Numbered from the stretch's first letter, positions 30,035 through 41,288 are shown. The stretch: 64,000 nt of DNA from Gammaproteobacteria bacterium (GCA_965222155.1 CBDCTH010000012.1:2176001-2240000), one strand, 5' to 3'. The notes: a model not told the origin generated them from the letters alone. A program made the numbers and translations.

Positions 30035-30951
30035 GTGTTAATCCGGAGGCGTGGATCAATCAGCATATTGAGAATGTCTGCAAGTAATGTCAGCAATACG
30101 TAAATAGCCGCGAGACAAATTACGATTATCTGGACGACGGGAAAGTCTACGCGTTCGATAGACAGCAGGGCCAGACGACCAATCCCATCCAGCGCAAACA
30201 CGGTTTCGACAACTACCGAGCCCGCCAGTAACTGACCGAGTTGCACAGAGGTTAACGATACGATGGGAAGAATCGCATTCGGCAATGCATGTACTATGAG
30301 AATTTGCGCCGTGCTGAGCCCCTTAGCCCTGGCAGTTTGAATGAATTTCGCTCTTAAAACTTCAGCTATTCCGGTTTTGGTGACGCGGGTTAGAACAGGA
30401 AGCACAGCGATCCCTAACGTTATCGTAGGCAGCACGAAGTGCCGCAAGGAATCAGTTCCTGCAACGGGAAGCCAGCCGAGGTAGATTCCGAAAAAAGCGG
30501 AGAGCATTAACGCAAGCCAGAAGCTCGGAATCGACTGACCAAGGGTTACCAGGGCAGTCTCAAGCCAATGTACCCATGAATTTTGTTTATAGGCAGATGC
30601 AATCCCTAACGGAATTGAAACTATCAATGCAAACAACAGCGCCAAGCCGGCAAGCTTTGCTGTTACTGACAGGTGTGATGCCATGAGGGCAGAAACGGGC
30701 TCTTGAGTAAACAGCGAATTCCCCATATTCCCTGTGATCAAATTCTGCGCCCAGTCAAAATACTGTAATGGCAGGGGTCGGTCCAATCCAAGCTCATGAC
30801 GTAACTGCTCTATTTCTGCCATGGTCGCGTTTACGCCCGCATACTCCACCGCAAGGTCACCGGATAAGCGCAGCAAACTAAATGCAAGAACTGAAACTAT
30901 CGCGGTTACCAGCAGGCCGACGCCAACTCTGGTGAGCAGGAAGTTGCGCAT
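30031..30951 (-). CDS. Peptide ABC permease (OppB/DppB-like)
   Basis: LGLDRPL..QY, IPSFW, TARAKGLS..HALPNA, GSVVVETVF. Confidence 0.92.
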   Translation of the reverse strand: MRNFLLTRVGVGLLVTAIVSVLAFSLLRLSGDLAVEYAGVNATMAEIEQLRHELGLDRPLPLQYFDWAQNLITGNMGNSLFTQEPVSALMASHLSVTAKLAGLALLFALIVSIPLGIASAYKQNSWVHWLETALVTLGQSIPSFWLALMLSAFFGIYLGWLPVAGTDSLRHFVLPTITLGIAVLPVLTRVTKTGIAEVLRAKFIQTARAKGLSTAQILIVHALPNAILPIVSLTSVQLGQLLAGSVVVETVFALDGIGRLALLSIERVDFPVVQIIVICLAAIYVLLTLLADILNMLIDPRLRINT

Positions 30952-30955
30952 GAGT

Positions 30956-32533
30956 TCAGTCCTCCGGTGTGTTACGAAGACCCAGTCTTGTCACGTCCGG
31001 GAATGGCAGCCCCCCCGATTCATATATGAGGTCATTATGAAATACAAAGCTGATAGGATTGGTGTACAGGGGCACGGTATATGTACGGTCAGAAATGTAA
31101 TGCAACACATCTTCAAAAAGGTCTCTTCTTTGCGCTGTATCTGTTTCTGCAATAGCACGACTGACCATGCGTGTAAGTGCCGGATCACGCGCGTAGTCCG
31201 CAGGGCCGAAACTGAAAAACGTGGGTAGTGTTGCTGCCACATCAAATAAGTCGCCGCCATAACTCACCAGACTGATAACTGATTCACCGGCCATGAACTT
31301 TTTTCTCCATGCTGGAAGCGTATAGGTACGGAGAGAGATATCAATACCCACTTGTCGTAATTGCCATTGAAGCACTTCTCCCACTTTCCGTAACTCGTCC
31401 GACCCAACCATGATTTCTAAATTGATCATGTCTTCGTAACCTGCTTCTATCAACGAGCTTTTTGCTTTAGCGGGATCGAAATACAAGTAATCATTTTGGG
31501 GTATGGACAGGCAATTCTGTTGCGCAGGATGGCAATGATAATAAAGAGCTTCAACACTGCCGGCCATGAAATTTTCGGTAATACTTTCTCGATCTATGGC
31601 GTGAGTTATTGCCCGTCGAACCAGTGAATTTACCAGTAAGTCACTGCTGTTTCGTCCTCCGGCATTAAGGCTCAGAAACGTTATTCTTGCGCTATCGGTG
31701 TACGCAACAGTCAGTTGAGAATACTTACTCAAAAAGCGGACATGATCGGCTGGTAATCCCCAGATAAAATCCAGTGATCCTTTTAACAACTCTGCGATCT
31801 GCGTTTGAAGGTCCGGTACCGTTCTGATAATCAGTCTGCTCACAGCCGCCGCTGATTTCGGGCCTTCGAAGTAGTCGTTATTCGCTATCAGCACCGCCTG
31901 TTTCCCGGGCTCCAGCGTTAATACCTGATAAGGTCCTGTACCAATCGGCGCAGTTCGGTGGATAAGATGCCCACCGTTGTCTTGTGTGTAAGTCTGCGGC
32001 CAGATAATTAAACGGCTTGAGAAAATTTGCTCTGCAAGGGGGGTGGGTTGCTTTAAATGTATACGTACACGGTATTGGCTGAGCTTCTCTGCATATTCTA
32101 TGAATCCGAAACTGAACTCACGTTGCCTGAAGTGAACATCGTTAGCAGAATCCGTAAGCAGGCCAATAGTAAATACCACGTCGTCAGCATCCAGATATTC
32201 ACCATTGTGAAACCGAACACCACTTCTCAGTGTCAACTCGACTACGTCTCGTGCGGCATTCCAGACCCATGAATCGGCGAGCAGACCTTCAATGCGTCCA
32301 GAGTCAGAATCTCTATACAACAAGGTATCGTATACAGCCAGGGATAAGGCCGCAGATTCCATTGAATCAGTATGTAGTCGATCAATAAAGTCGGTTTCAC
32401 GCGAAAAGGCGATCCGCACCGGGCGTTCCGCAGCTGAAACGGATGTGTGGAGAACAACAACTACCAGAAGTATGCAGCTAATGAACGAATTGCCTCGGCT
32501 GTTGACCATGATGTGTATTCCGGACATTATCAA
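30956..32533 (-). CDS. ABC substrate-binding protein, family 5
   Basis: GLLADSW, LRSGVRFHNG..DADDVVFT, PIGTGPY, VRRAI..AIDRE. Exact start uncertain. Confidence 0.9.
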   Translation of the reverse strand: MIMSGIHIMVNSRGNSFISCILLVVVVLHTSVSAAERPVRIAFSRETDFIDRLHTDSMESAALSLAVYDTLLYRDSDSGRIEGLLADSWVWNAARDVVELTLRSGVRFHNGEYLDADDVVFTIGLLTDSANDVHFRQREFSFGFIEYAEKLSQYRVRIHLKQPTPLAEQIFSSRLIIWPQTYTQDNGGHLIHRTAPIGTGPYQVLTLEPGKQAVLIANNDYFEGPKSAAAVSRLIIRTVPDLQTQIAELLKGSLDFIWGLPADHVRFLSKYSQLTVAYTDSARITFLSLNAGGRNSSDLLVNSLVRRAITHAIDRESITENFMAGSVEALYYHCHPAQQNCLSIPQNDYLYFDPAKAKSSLIEAGYEDMINLEIMVGSDELRKVGEVLQWQLRQVGIDISLRTYTLPAWRKKFMAGESVISLVSYGGDLFDVAATLPTFFSFGPADYARDPALTRMVSRAIAETDTAQRRDLFEDVLHYISDRTYTVPLYTNPISFVFHNDLIYESGGLPFPDVTRLGLRNTPED

Positions 32534-32710
32534 AGAAGCTGACCTGAGCCTCTAATGCAATAAGGCTTCATTTGTTTGTCCCCCAAATTTCAACGATACG
32601 ATAATCGATATCACCCAAAAAGCGACAGGTGACACGCTGAATACTCTAGCCAAGTCTAGTATTTTGTTTTAACTTATAAAGCACTATTTTGATATATGAA
32701 ACTATAAACA

Positions 32711-33820
32711 GTGAGATTAAGCTCTCCTGCATCATGCTTTCGTCCGGATTATATCCAAGCTCGAGAATGCTTTCTCGATTCGGCCGCGCGTGCAGGCGCC
32801 TACACACAATCTTATGAAAACCCGGTCGCAGGCAGACTCGGTGAAACCCTGGGTACGGATGTTGCGATCCTGGGGAATATAAATGCACCATCTGTGCTGT
32901 TAGTTCAATCCGGCACACACGGCGTTGAGGGATATTGTGGCTCTGCAATCCAGGTTGCCTTCCTCGAATTTATAGCCTCCACATCTATCGCCCGCGACAC
33001 TGCAGTGATGCTGGTTCACGGTATCAACGCGTATGGGTTCTCCTGGTACAGTCGTGGTGATGAAAATAATGTTGATTTAAACCGGAATTTCATCGACTTT
33101 GTTGATGCCAGTGAGAAACGAAATGATATTTTTCCTGAACTTGCCCCATACCTCATACCAGGCGAGTGGACAAAAAAATGTATAGCCGAAGCCGATGCCA
33201 GGTTAGGGGAACTACGCCAGAGATACGGACATGATGTAGTGAGCCAATCGTTACGTCGGGGGCAGTATTCTTACCCTGAAAATTTATTTTATGGTGGAAC
33301 CGAGCCCAGTTGGTCAAGACTCACCGTCGAAAGAATAGCTCATGACTATTTGGAACGCGCTACCAAACTCATATTTCTTGACATTCATTCGGGTTTGGGA
33401 AACTATGGAAAAGTGGGTTTGCTTTCAGTCGAGCCAGGCACTAACGAGAAATTTAAGGCGCTTCAAAAGATATTTGGTTCCCTGGTAAAATCCACCCATG
33501 ATCCGCAATCCGATGCTGCGAATGCGAACGGCAATATCATCAGAGGCTATTCCGAACAGCTTGCTGACATCATGTTTTTAGGCGTAGGTGTGGAATTCGG
33601 CACGTACCAACAAGCGCGTGTTCAGGACGCATTAAGAGCAGACACTTGGCTGCATCATACGAAACGTTTTAAGGAATTGCCCCGGTACTTAAAGCAGGAA
33701 ATCAAACAGGAAATACTGGAAGTATTTTGTCCAATGGATCCTTCCTGGCGTGAAACGGTCGTCACGACGGGGTGTACAATTTGTCAAACCGCGCTCAAAG
33801 GCCTGGAAAGCTTGTCCTGA
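32711..33820 (+). CDS. M14-like metallopeptidase (DUF2817 family)
   Basis: SGTHGVEG.CGS (HxxE), DLNRNF, DIHSGLG, VEFGT. Confidence 0.85.
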   Translation: MRLSSPASCFRPDYIQARECFLDSAARAGAYTQSYENPVAGRLGETLGTDVAILGNINAPSVLLVQSGTHGVEGYCGSAIQVAFLEFIASTSIARDTAVMLVHGINAYGFSWYSRGDENNVDLNRNFIDFVDASEKRNDIFPELAPYLIPGEWTKKCIAEADARLGELRQRYGHDVVSQSLRRGQYSYPENLFYGGTEPSWSRLTVERIAHDYLERATKLIFLDIHSGLGNYGKVGLLSVEPGTNEKFKALQKIFGSLVKSTHDPQSDAANANGNIIRGYSEQLADIMFLGVGVEFGTYQQARVQDALRADTWLHHTKRFKELPRYLKQEIKQEILEVFCPMDPSWRETVVTTGCTICQTALKGLESLS

Positions 33821-33854
33821 GCCGGCCATCATTTATTTTTTCTCGGAGGGCCAG

Positions 33855-34649
33855 TTGTTGAAGGATATATCGCTATCTTCTTCAAAAAAAACATCGATTG
33901 GGAAGGCAATGATTCTGTTGAGGGAATTGGGCAAGCTTTCCTCGTCAGGTGGGGTAAAGCTCGGAGACCTTGCGCGCTCTACCGGATTTAATAAAGCAAC
34001 AACGCATCGTTTACTTGGCGAACTTCGAAAATATGGTTTAGTGGAGCAGCAGCCTATTAACGGGACATACGGACTTGGCAAAATGATTCTTGTACTCAAT
34101 GCTCAATATCATGCCGGCTTGGACCTGAGAAAACGCGCTTTACCCGTATTGAAATCCCTTGCTGAAAAAACAGGTTTAACCGCGCATCTGGCCGTTCGCG
34201 ATGGTGATGAAATCGTGTATATAGAAAAAATAGAAACAACTCATAATATTAGGGTTGCATCAGGTATTGGCTGGCGTGGTAAGCTCCACTGCACCTCGCT
34301 TGGAAAATCACTCCTTGCATACGGTGGGATGGAACTGATTAATATTACGCTTAATAACGGATTGGAACAGCGGACACCGAATACGATTATTAACCGAGCC
34401 AAGTTGGAAAACGAATTAAAGCTCATCCGGCAGCTCGGTTATGCAGTCGATGATTCTGAAAATCAGGAAGAAGTCCGTTGTATTGCAGCACCAATATTCG
34501 ATAGAAACAGTAAACCAATTGCAGCGATAAGTGTCTCTGGGACGATTTCTCAATTACCAAAGAAGAATGATGTCGCCATAGGTGAACTCATCAAACGCCA
34601 TACACTAAACTTAAGTGAAGAACTGGGATACACAGATGAACAATCCTGA
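33855..34649 (+). CDS. IclR family transcriptional regulator
   Basis: HTH LGDLARSTGFNKATTHRLL, HCTSLGKSLLA, GYAVDDSE..VRCIAAPIF. GGAGG RBS before TTG 33855. Confidence 0.92.
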   Translation: MLKDISLSSSKKTSIGKAMILLRELGKLSSSGGVKLGDLARSTGFNKATTHRLLGELRKYGLVEQQPINGTYGLGKMILVLNAQYHAGLDLRKRALPVLKSLAEKTGLTAHLAVRDGDEIVYIEKIETTHNIRVASGIGWRGKLHCTSLGKSLLAYGGMELINITLNNGLEQRTPNTIINRAKLENELKLIRQLGYAVDDSENQEEVRCIAAPIFDRNSKPIAAISVSGTISQLPKKNDVAIGELIKRHTLNLSEELGYTDEQS

Positions 34650-34834
34650 TTATCCTGTCCATCCATGTAAATACAAAGGTATCCGGTTGCCTTCACCACT
34701 CAGGAATATGATATTTCAGTTAGTATCCTGATATCCGATGTTGGGGATTAGGACTTGCAAACACGGCAGGCGCAGTAGATACCGATATAAGCACTACAAA
34801 AGTAAATCACTCGATCAGCCTGTTACTAAACATC

Positions 34835-35698
34835 TCAGGTATTCGGTCGGTCCCTCCCTGCCGACCACCATGCTGTGTTATTTACCGCGCGTATAAGCTG
34901 TTCCCGCGCTGTGCCTGTGAGATTGTTAATTATATCTGTGACCTCCCTTGCCTGCTCACCCACTGGATAGCGAAACGCGGGTTTCTCTTCCCGGGCAATA
35001 CTGATTAACAATTCGGCAACCCGCAGCGGGTCATCACCCTGGCCTGAACTTGATACTATTCCTAGTTGCAGGTGTTCTATCAATGCTGTGTAAACTGAGC
35101 TCTGCGGACAGACAAAGTTCCTTGCAAGCTTATCCGGCATTGCAGTGTTGAACAATCCCGGTTCCACTACTGATACGGAGATATTAAAACGGTCCACCTC
35201 ATAACGCAGTCCTTCGGCCATGGCTTCCAGAGCCGCCTTGCTTGCACTGTAGACGGTCTCTCCGGGCAATCCGACCAATGCCGACAGCGAAGATATCATG
35301 ATAATACGCCCATAGCCTTGAGTGCGCATAGTTGGCAGTACGGCTTTTGACAGAAGTACCGGCGCAATGAAATTGACTTTCATCACGTGATCAATATCGA
35401 CTTCCGGCAAATCTTCGAGCGCTGCGAGCCTGGCAACACCGGCGTTATTGATTAATACGTCTATCCGGCCACAAGAGTCGACTACCTGCCCCACCGCTGA
35501 ATTGATCGCCTCGGTATCAGCCACATCCAGTTGCAGGATATGCAGGGCCAACCCTTCCTGATCGGCAATATCGGCGATATCGGCGCAGTCATCCGGATTA
35601 CGCGCGGCGGCGTAGACGTGATCTCCGTTCCGGGCAAACGCCAGCGCGCTGACTTTACCGAAACCACTGCTGCATCCGGTAATTAATATGACTGCCAT
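34835..35698 (-). CDS. Short-chain dehydrogenase/reductase
   Basis: ITGCSSGFG, LINNAG, YSASK, VEPG. Confidence 0.93.
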   Translation of the reverse strand: MAVILITGCSSGFGKVSALAFARNGDHVYAAARNPDDCADIADIADQEGLALHILQLDVADTEAINSAVGQVVDSCGRIDVLINNAGVARLAALEDLPEVDIDHVMKVNFIAPVLLSKAVLPTMRTQGYGRIIMISSLSALVGLPGETVYSASKAALEAMAEGLRYEVDRFNISVSVVEPGLFNTAMPDKLARNFVCPQSSVYTALIEHLQLGIVSSSGQGDDPLRVAELLISIAREEKPAFRYPVGEQAREVTDIINNLTGTAREQLIRAVNNTAWWSAGRDRPNT

Positions 35699-35924
35699 CT
35701 GTAAACCTCCGCTGAAGCGACTCAGAAATTGCGATAATAAGTGGTAACTTGATATCCGGTATTGTAATATCCGCCGTTATCGCCCTCCTCCGGCCCCCAA
35801 TACCTGCGGTGTCCGGCAACCTGGATCACCGAACGATGAAGACGCATTGATACATGACCGCAAACCGGTAGCCAGGCATCCTGTTAACGGGAACGATACT
35901 ATAAAAAACCTGAGGAAACACTTA

Positions 35925-37553
35925 ATGAGCAAGATGACCGGCGCCGAAGCACTCATTAAATCAGTGCGCCAGTACGGTATTGATACCCTGTTCGGCCTGC
36001 CCGGTGGGCAAACCTATCACCTGTTCAATGCTATTTACAATGAAGGCGATGCGCTCAGGATTTTCAATTCCCGGCATGAACAGGGCGCCGCTTACATGGC
36101 TTACGGCTATGCCCGTTCCACGGGCAGGACAGGCGTTTACAGCGTAGTCCCCGGACCGGGCATCCTGAATACCACGTCAGCCCTGTGTACCGCTTATGCA
36201 GGTAATGAACGGGTGCTGTGCCTGGCCGGACAAATTCCATCGAAATGGATAGGGAAAGGTGTCGGTTTCCTGCATGAAATTCCGGATCAGCTTGGTATAC
36301 TGCAACGCCTGACTAAATGGGCAGAACGTATCGAAACGCCCGCGCAAGCCCCACGTCTGGTCGACCAGGCTTTCCGGGAAATGAATTCCGGGCGTCCGCG
36401 CCCGGTTGCCCTGGAGATGTCGCCCGACATCATGGGTCTGCAGGAAGACGTGGAACTGCTTCCTCCGTCCCCTGCCCCGGAACCTGTGCAGGCCGACCCG
36501 GACCTGATAGAAGCGGCGGCCCGCCTGCTGGGCAAGGCCAGGCAACCCATGATCGTGCTCGGACACGGTTGTGTTGATGCTGCTCTGGAGTTGTTACAGG
36601 TAGCGGAAATCCTGCAGGCGCCCTGCACCACGTTGTGGAACGGCAAGGGGATCATTGACGACCGGCATTATCTCAGCCAGCCGTACAGTGCCGGCCACCG
36701 GCTCTGGGCCACGGCGGACGTGGTCCTGGCGGTGGGGACCAGGCTCGATAACCCGCAACTGGAGTGGGGGCTCGACGATGATCTGAAAATCATCCGTATT
36801 GATATCGACGCCGCACAGATTACGAACATTGCCACCCCGGAAATCGCAATTGTTGCAGATGCTAAATCAGCCCTGTCGGACCTGATTACAGCCCTGGCGC
36901 GCCACAGCATTGCCAGGAAATCACGCAAGGAAGAACTGACCGGCCTGAAACAGGCAATGTTCAGAAAATTCGAGCAGGACGTCGGCCCGCAAATGCGCAT
37001 ACTGAAAGTGATCCGGGAAGAACTGCCGGAAGACGGCTTCCTGGTGGATGAGGTAACCCAGGTAGGATACGCGTCATGGTACGGATTTCCGGTTTACCGG
37101 CCCCGGCATTTCATCAGCAGCGGCTACCAGGGGAACCTGGGATACGGCTATACGACAGCCCTGGGAGTGCAGGTAGCCCATCCCGACAAGAAGGTGGTCG
37201 TACTGGGCGGGGATGGCGGGTTCATGTACCAGGCAACGGAGATGGCGACCGCAGTAAAATACCGCCTGAACCTGGTGAACATCGTATTCAACAACCATGC
37301 CTACGGCAACGTTCAGCGGGACCAGCAGGAGAACTTCGCCGGCAACGTGATCGGTTCGGACTTATCCAACCCGGATTTCGTACGCTTCGCGGAAAGCTTC
37401 GGTGCCCCGGGTTTCCGGGTGGAAACCACCGAGCAGTTACGCAAAGCCCTGCAGGCCGCATTCAGGGAAACCGGGCCGGTATTGATTGAAATGCCCAGCA
37501 CCGGTATGCCCAGCCCCTGGCCGTATATCATATTGCCCCGCGCCCGCCCCTGA
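35925..37553 (+). CDS. Thiamine-diphosphate-dependent enzyme (acetolactate synthase-like family)
   Basis: FGLPGG, RHEQGAAYMA.GYAR.TGR, GDGGF...FNN ThDP motif. No small subunit gene nearby. Confidence 0.88.
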   Translation: MSKMTGAEALIKSVRQYGIDTLFGLPGGQTYHLFNAIYNEGDALRIFNSRHEQGAAYMAYGYARSTGRTGVYSVVPGPGILNTTSALCTAYAGNERVLCLAGQIPSKWIGKGVGFLHEIPDQLGILQRLTKWAERIETPAQAPRLVDQAFREMNSGRPRPVALEMSPDIMGLQEDVELLPPSPAPEPVQADPDLIEAAARLLGKARQPMIVLGHGCVDAALELLQVAEILQAPCTTLWNGKGIIDDRHYLSQPYSAGHRLWATADVVLAVGTRLDNPQLEWGLDDDLKIIRIDIDAAQITNIATPEIAIVADAKSALSDLITALARHSIARKSRKEELTGLKQAMFRKFEQDVGPQMRILKVIREELPEDGFLVDEVTQVGYASWYGFPVYRPRHFISSGYQGNLGYGYTTALGVQVAHPDKKVVVLGGDGGFMYQATEMATAVKYRLNLVNIVFNNHAYGNVQRDQQENFAGNVIGSDLSNPDFVRFAESFGAPGFRVETTEQLRKALQAAFRETGPVLIEMPSTGMPSPWPYIILPRARP

Positions 37554-37764
37554 TATCAACAAGGCATGCATTCCTGCATTAGTTCCCGCAAATTGGATCA
37601 ATGCGGTCATAGTTTGCTCCGCAACGTCGTTTTTTGGCGCCCCGGCACAAAATTTAACGAATCGGGTAAAAATTCTACCCGTTATCCTAAGAAGGAGAAG
37701 GGTCACTATATTAGTATTTCCCTGAAGAGTTTATCACAGCGCTTTGCGGACAGGGGTATCTCAC

Positions 37765-38388
37765 ATGACAAATGACATTGGTTTTTCAAGCATCAAACCC
37801 TTCCTGGTCTTGTTCGTCTTATTATTGCCGGCCCTGGCAACAGGCCAATCGTTACTGGAGGAAGTGGTTGTTACCGCATCAAAACGTGATGCCGTCGATC
37901 TACAATCTACTGCGGCTACGATAACTGCTTTTACCGGGTCAAAACTTGAAGAATACGGCTTCGATGATTTTGAAGACTATGCCAATTTCACACCGGGCCT
38001 CAGTTTTCAGAAAACTGCTTCGGTAAGATCACAGTTCATAATACGAGGCGTTACACTCGGAAGGGTAACACAGGCGGAACCGCAAAACAGATCTGTAGTC
38101 GGTCTGTATCTTAACGATGTCCCTGTAGATCAGAATGGTCTGAATGTCGATCCCGATTTATTTGATCTGGAACGAGTGGAAATTCTGAAAGGGCCGCAGG
38201 GCAGCTTGTTCGGTGACAGCGCCATGGCAGGCGCAGTTCGCTATGTGACAAAACGACCGGGGAATGAGACGATAATTACAGACCATGATTTGCGTGTCGG
38301 TGAAACCAAGCGTTATTGGCTAACCACGTACTATCGGTGTAGAGTTGGATGTGGAATTCTGAATAATGAAAGTCCGCTCTTCACTTAA
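37765..38388 (+). pseudogene. Truncated TonB-dependent receptor (signal peptide and plug only)
   Basis: LEEVVVTASKR...DLERVEILKGPQGSLFG..AMAGAVRYVTKRP. Similarity stops at about 38259 and no barrel follows. Confidence 0.85.
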
Positions 38389-40513
38389 AAGCAAACATCT
38401 GCGTTCAAGGCGCGCGCTGTTAAAATCGGCATTGGCCCTGGCTTCGATCAGCGCACTGGGTGCTTGCGGTCAAAGCTCATCACCGTCTGACAAAAAACTT
38501 GCTGCCAGGCTTAAGAAAAAGCTGGCTATACGCAACATTGAGCACACCTGGATAGCGCTGCCGGATGGCAGGCGATTGGCGGCAAGAATCTGGTTGCCGA
38601 TCAATGCAGAATCATCCCCGGTGCCGGCAGTTTTGGAGTATCTTCCCTATCGCAAGCGTGACATGGCGCGGCTCAGGCCGGAAACCGCTCATGTCTACAC
38701 TGCGGCATGCGGCTACGCAGGCGTCAGGGTAGATATTCGCGGATCGGGCGAGTCCGATGGCATTCTGAATGACGAGTATGAGAAACAGGAACAACTGGAT
38801 GGCCTCGAAGTATTGAAATGGCTTGCAAAGCAGCCATGGTGTAGCGGTTCGGTGGGCATGCGCGGCATTTCCTGGGGCGGATTCAATTCACTGCAGATTG
38901 CCGCGCTTCATCCACCTGAACTGAAGGCAATCATTACGCATTGCAGCACAGATGATCGGTATACCGATGATGCACACTATATTGGTGGATCCCTGGGTCG
39001 GGTGAACTGGGAGTGGGGGCAATTGTTCATGTGTGTCCTGTCCTTACCCCCTGATCCGGAGTTATTTGGTCCTGATTGGCGTAAGGAATGGCTGAAACGC
39101 CTGGAGGTCGTCGTACCGGTGACCCACAACTGGATGCGCCATCAGCGGCGGGATAGTTACTGGCAACATGGATCGGTCAATGAGGACTATAGTCAAATCA
39201 AGTGTGCGGTTTATGCTGTAGGTGGCTTTGTTGATGGCTACACGAACTCTATCCCGCGCCTGTTAAAAAACCTTGAGGTTCCCAGGAAAGGTTTGATCGG
39301 ACCCTTTGGTCATAATTTTCCTGATGAAGCGGAGGTCGGTCCGGCGATTGGTTTCTATTTTGAAGAAGTCCGTTGGTGGGATCACTGGTTAAAAGGGATT
39401 GACACAGGGATCATGGAAGAACCCATGCTACAGGTGTACATGCAGGAAAAAGCGCCCGGGCAGGTTTATCCGGACGAGGTTCCCGGCCGCTGGGTAGGGG
39501 AGTGGGCGTGGCCCTCAGACCGAATCAGGGACAGGACTTACTATTTGAACGCGACAGGTCTGGCTGAAACGCCGGCTGCCAAAAAAGCGATAACCCTGGC
39601 GCCGGATCAAACGGTCGGGCTCAGCAATCCCGCCTGGCTTCCCTTTGCCATGGAAACGGAGCTGCCGCGGGATCAATCTGAAGATGACAGGAAGTCGTTG
39701 ACCTTTGATTCCGAGACGCTTGATAAGGATATTGAAATATGTGGCCATCCTATAGTCAATCTCACACTCTCCGTAAACAAACCTGTTGCAAAGGTCTCGG
39801 TGCGCCTGAATGAAATTCAGCCTGATGGTTCATCATGGCATGTCACTGCCGGCTATCTTAATTTAACCCATAGATATGGACATGCACAGCCCCAGGCACT
39901 GGTACCGGGAGAAGTTTATGAGGTCGAAGTACCGCTGAACATGGTCGCGTATCGCCTTAAGAAGGGGCATAAAATCAGGGTTTCCATATCTGAAAGTTAC
40001 TGGCCGATGATATGGCCTTCACCGGAAGCGGTTGAAATGACACTTCGTACCGGTGTGAGCCAATTGACACTGCCGGAAAGACCACCCGGGTCGAAAGAAC
40101 TGGAGGATTTAACATTTACCGACCCGGTTCCGGTCGACCGGAGTGCTATTACACCAACTGTTCCCGGGGATTATAAACAGGAAATAAGTGGTCCCGATGA
40201 AAAAGGGCAATTCCAGGTCCGGACTCTCAGTGATTCAGGCGGCTTGCTTATTAATGAAATCGGCACCGAAATGAGGATGCGATACGACTGGATATCAACG
40301 ATAGAAAAACTGGACCCGAACAGCGCTTCCTGGAGTGGTTACTTCTCCATAGCGCTGAAAAGAGACGACTGGGATATTAAAACGATATCCAATTTTGAAT
40401 TGACTTCGGATGAGATAAATTTCCATATCACAACCGATTTAGTGGTACATGAAAAAAACAGTATTATTTTTTCGAAGGAATGGAACGATAATATAGTGAG
40501 AGACTTGGGGTAA
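38366..40513 (+). CDS. CocE/NonD (S15) family hydrolase, predicted Tat-exported lipoprotein
   Basis: SRRALLK twin-Arg, LGAC lipobox, YLPYRK, DIRGSGESDG, GISWGG nucleophile, GPFGH. Confidence 0.88.
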   Translation: MKVRSSLKSKHLRSRRALLKSALALASISALGACGQSSSPSDKKLAARLKKKLAIRNIEHTWIALPDGRRLAARIWLPINAESSPVPAVLEYLPYRKRDMARLRPETAHVYTAACGYAGVRVDIRGSGESDGILNDEYEKQEQLDGLEVLKWLAKQPWCSGSVGMRGISWGGFNSLQIAALHPPELKAIITHCSTDDRYTDDAHYIGGSLGRVNWEWGQLFMCVLSLPPDPELFGPDWRKEWLKRLEVVVPVTHNWMRHQRRDSYWQHGSVNEDYSQIKCAVYAVGGFVDGYTNSIPRLLKNLEVPRKGLIGPFGHNFPDEAEVGPAIGFYFEEVRWWDHWLKGIDTGIMEEPMLQVYMQEKAPGQVYPDEVPGRWVGEWAWPSDRIRDRTYYLNATGLAETPAAKKAITLAPDQTVGLSNPAWLPFAMETELPRDQSEDDRKSLTFDSETLDKDIEICGHPIVNLTLSVNKPVAKVSVRLNEIQPDGSSWHVTAGYLNLTHRYGHAQPQALVPGEVYEVEVPLNMVAYRLKKGHKIRVSISESYWPMIWPSPEAVEMTLRTGVSQLTLPERPPGSKELEDLTFTDPVPVDRSAITPTVPGDYKQEISGPDEKGQFQVRTLSDSGGLLINEIGTEMRMRYDWISTIEKLDPNSASWSGYFSIALKRDDWDIKTISNFELTSDEINFHITTDLVVHEKNSIIFSKEWNDNIVRDLG

Positions 40514-40596
40514 TACGTTATTCAACCTGAAAATGACACGCTGTCTCAAAAGGCCACAGAGTAAAAATCTGAATTGAAACACGTGAACTGATAAAT

Positions 40597-41064
40597 ATGA
40601 GTAAAACAAACAATATATTGATTATATTTACAGTTATTATCAGCACTATGGCGGTGCTATTATTTGCTGATGAATCAGGTTCTGCAGAGTTTCTCAATTC
40701 GGGAACAATATTCCCTGCCACTGTCCCTCTCTCAGAAGCAGTTCGTGTTGGCGACACACTTTACCTGTCAGGACAAGTTGGCATTGTCCCCGGCACAATG
40801 AATCTTGCGCCGGGTGGCCTGGAAGGAGAGACTCGACAAACAATGGAGAATATTAAAACAAGTCTGCAGGCACACGGCTATTCCATGAACGACCTCGTCA
40901 AGTGCCTGGTCATGCTTGCGGATGTATCCCAATGGGCAACGTTCAATGACATCTACAAAACTTATTTTGATGAACACTATCCAGCCAGAAGTGCGTTCGG
41001 CGCTAACGGACTCGCTATTGGCGCACAAGTAGAAATCGAATGTATTGCTGTCCGAAATCAATAA
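40597..41064 (+). CDS. RidA family protein with N-terminal hydrophobic leader
   Basis: SEAVRVGDTLYLSGQVG, FNDIY..YF...YPARS (catalytic Arg), VEIECIA. Confidence 0.9.
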   Translation: MSKTNNILIIFTVIISTMAVLLFADESGSAEFLNSGTIFPATVPLSEAVRVGDTLYLSGQVGIVPGTMNLAPGGLEGETRQTMENIKTSLQAHGYSMNDLVKCLVMLADVSQWATFNDIYKTYFDEHYPARSAFGANGLAIGAQVEIECIAVRNQ

Positions 41065-41067
41065 TAA

Positions 41068-41178
41068 AAGCAGTTTCAGAAACTGGCTGATATGCTCCAT
41101 ATGCGCTGCCATTCCAGCACCAGGATCGAGAAAATACTCGGTGGGAACTTCCTGAGATTGATGCGAGAAGTATGGTAA
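41068..41178 (+). pseudogene. C-terminal remnant of a membrane dipeptidase (M19)
   Basis: Manual translation KQFQKLADMLHMRCHSSTRIEKILGGNFLRLMREVW* shows the typical M19 ending (IEKILGGNFLR). Confidence 0.7.
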
Positions 41179-41288
41179 GGCCAGAGAAATATATTGAATA
41201 AACAAAAAAATCTTAAAAGGACCTCACTGGGAGAGGGTTACACAAAAGCCGATCTGCCTACGGATCAACGCATAACGGAGCAATTTAA

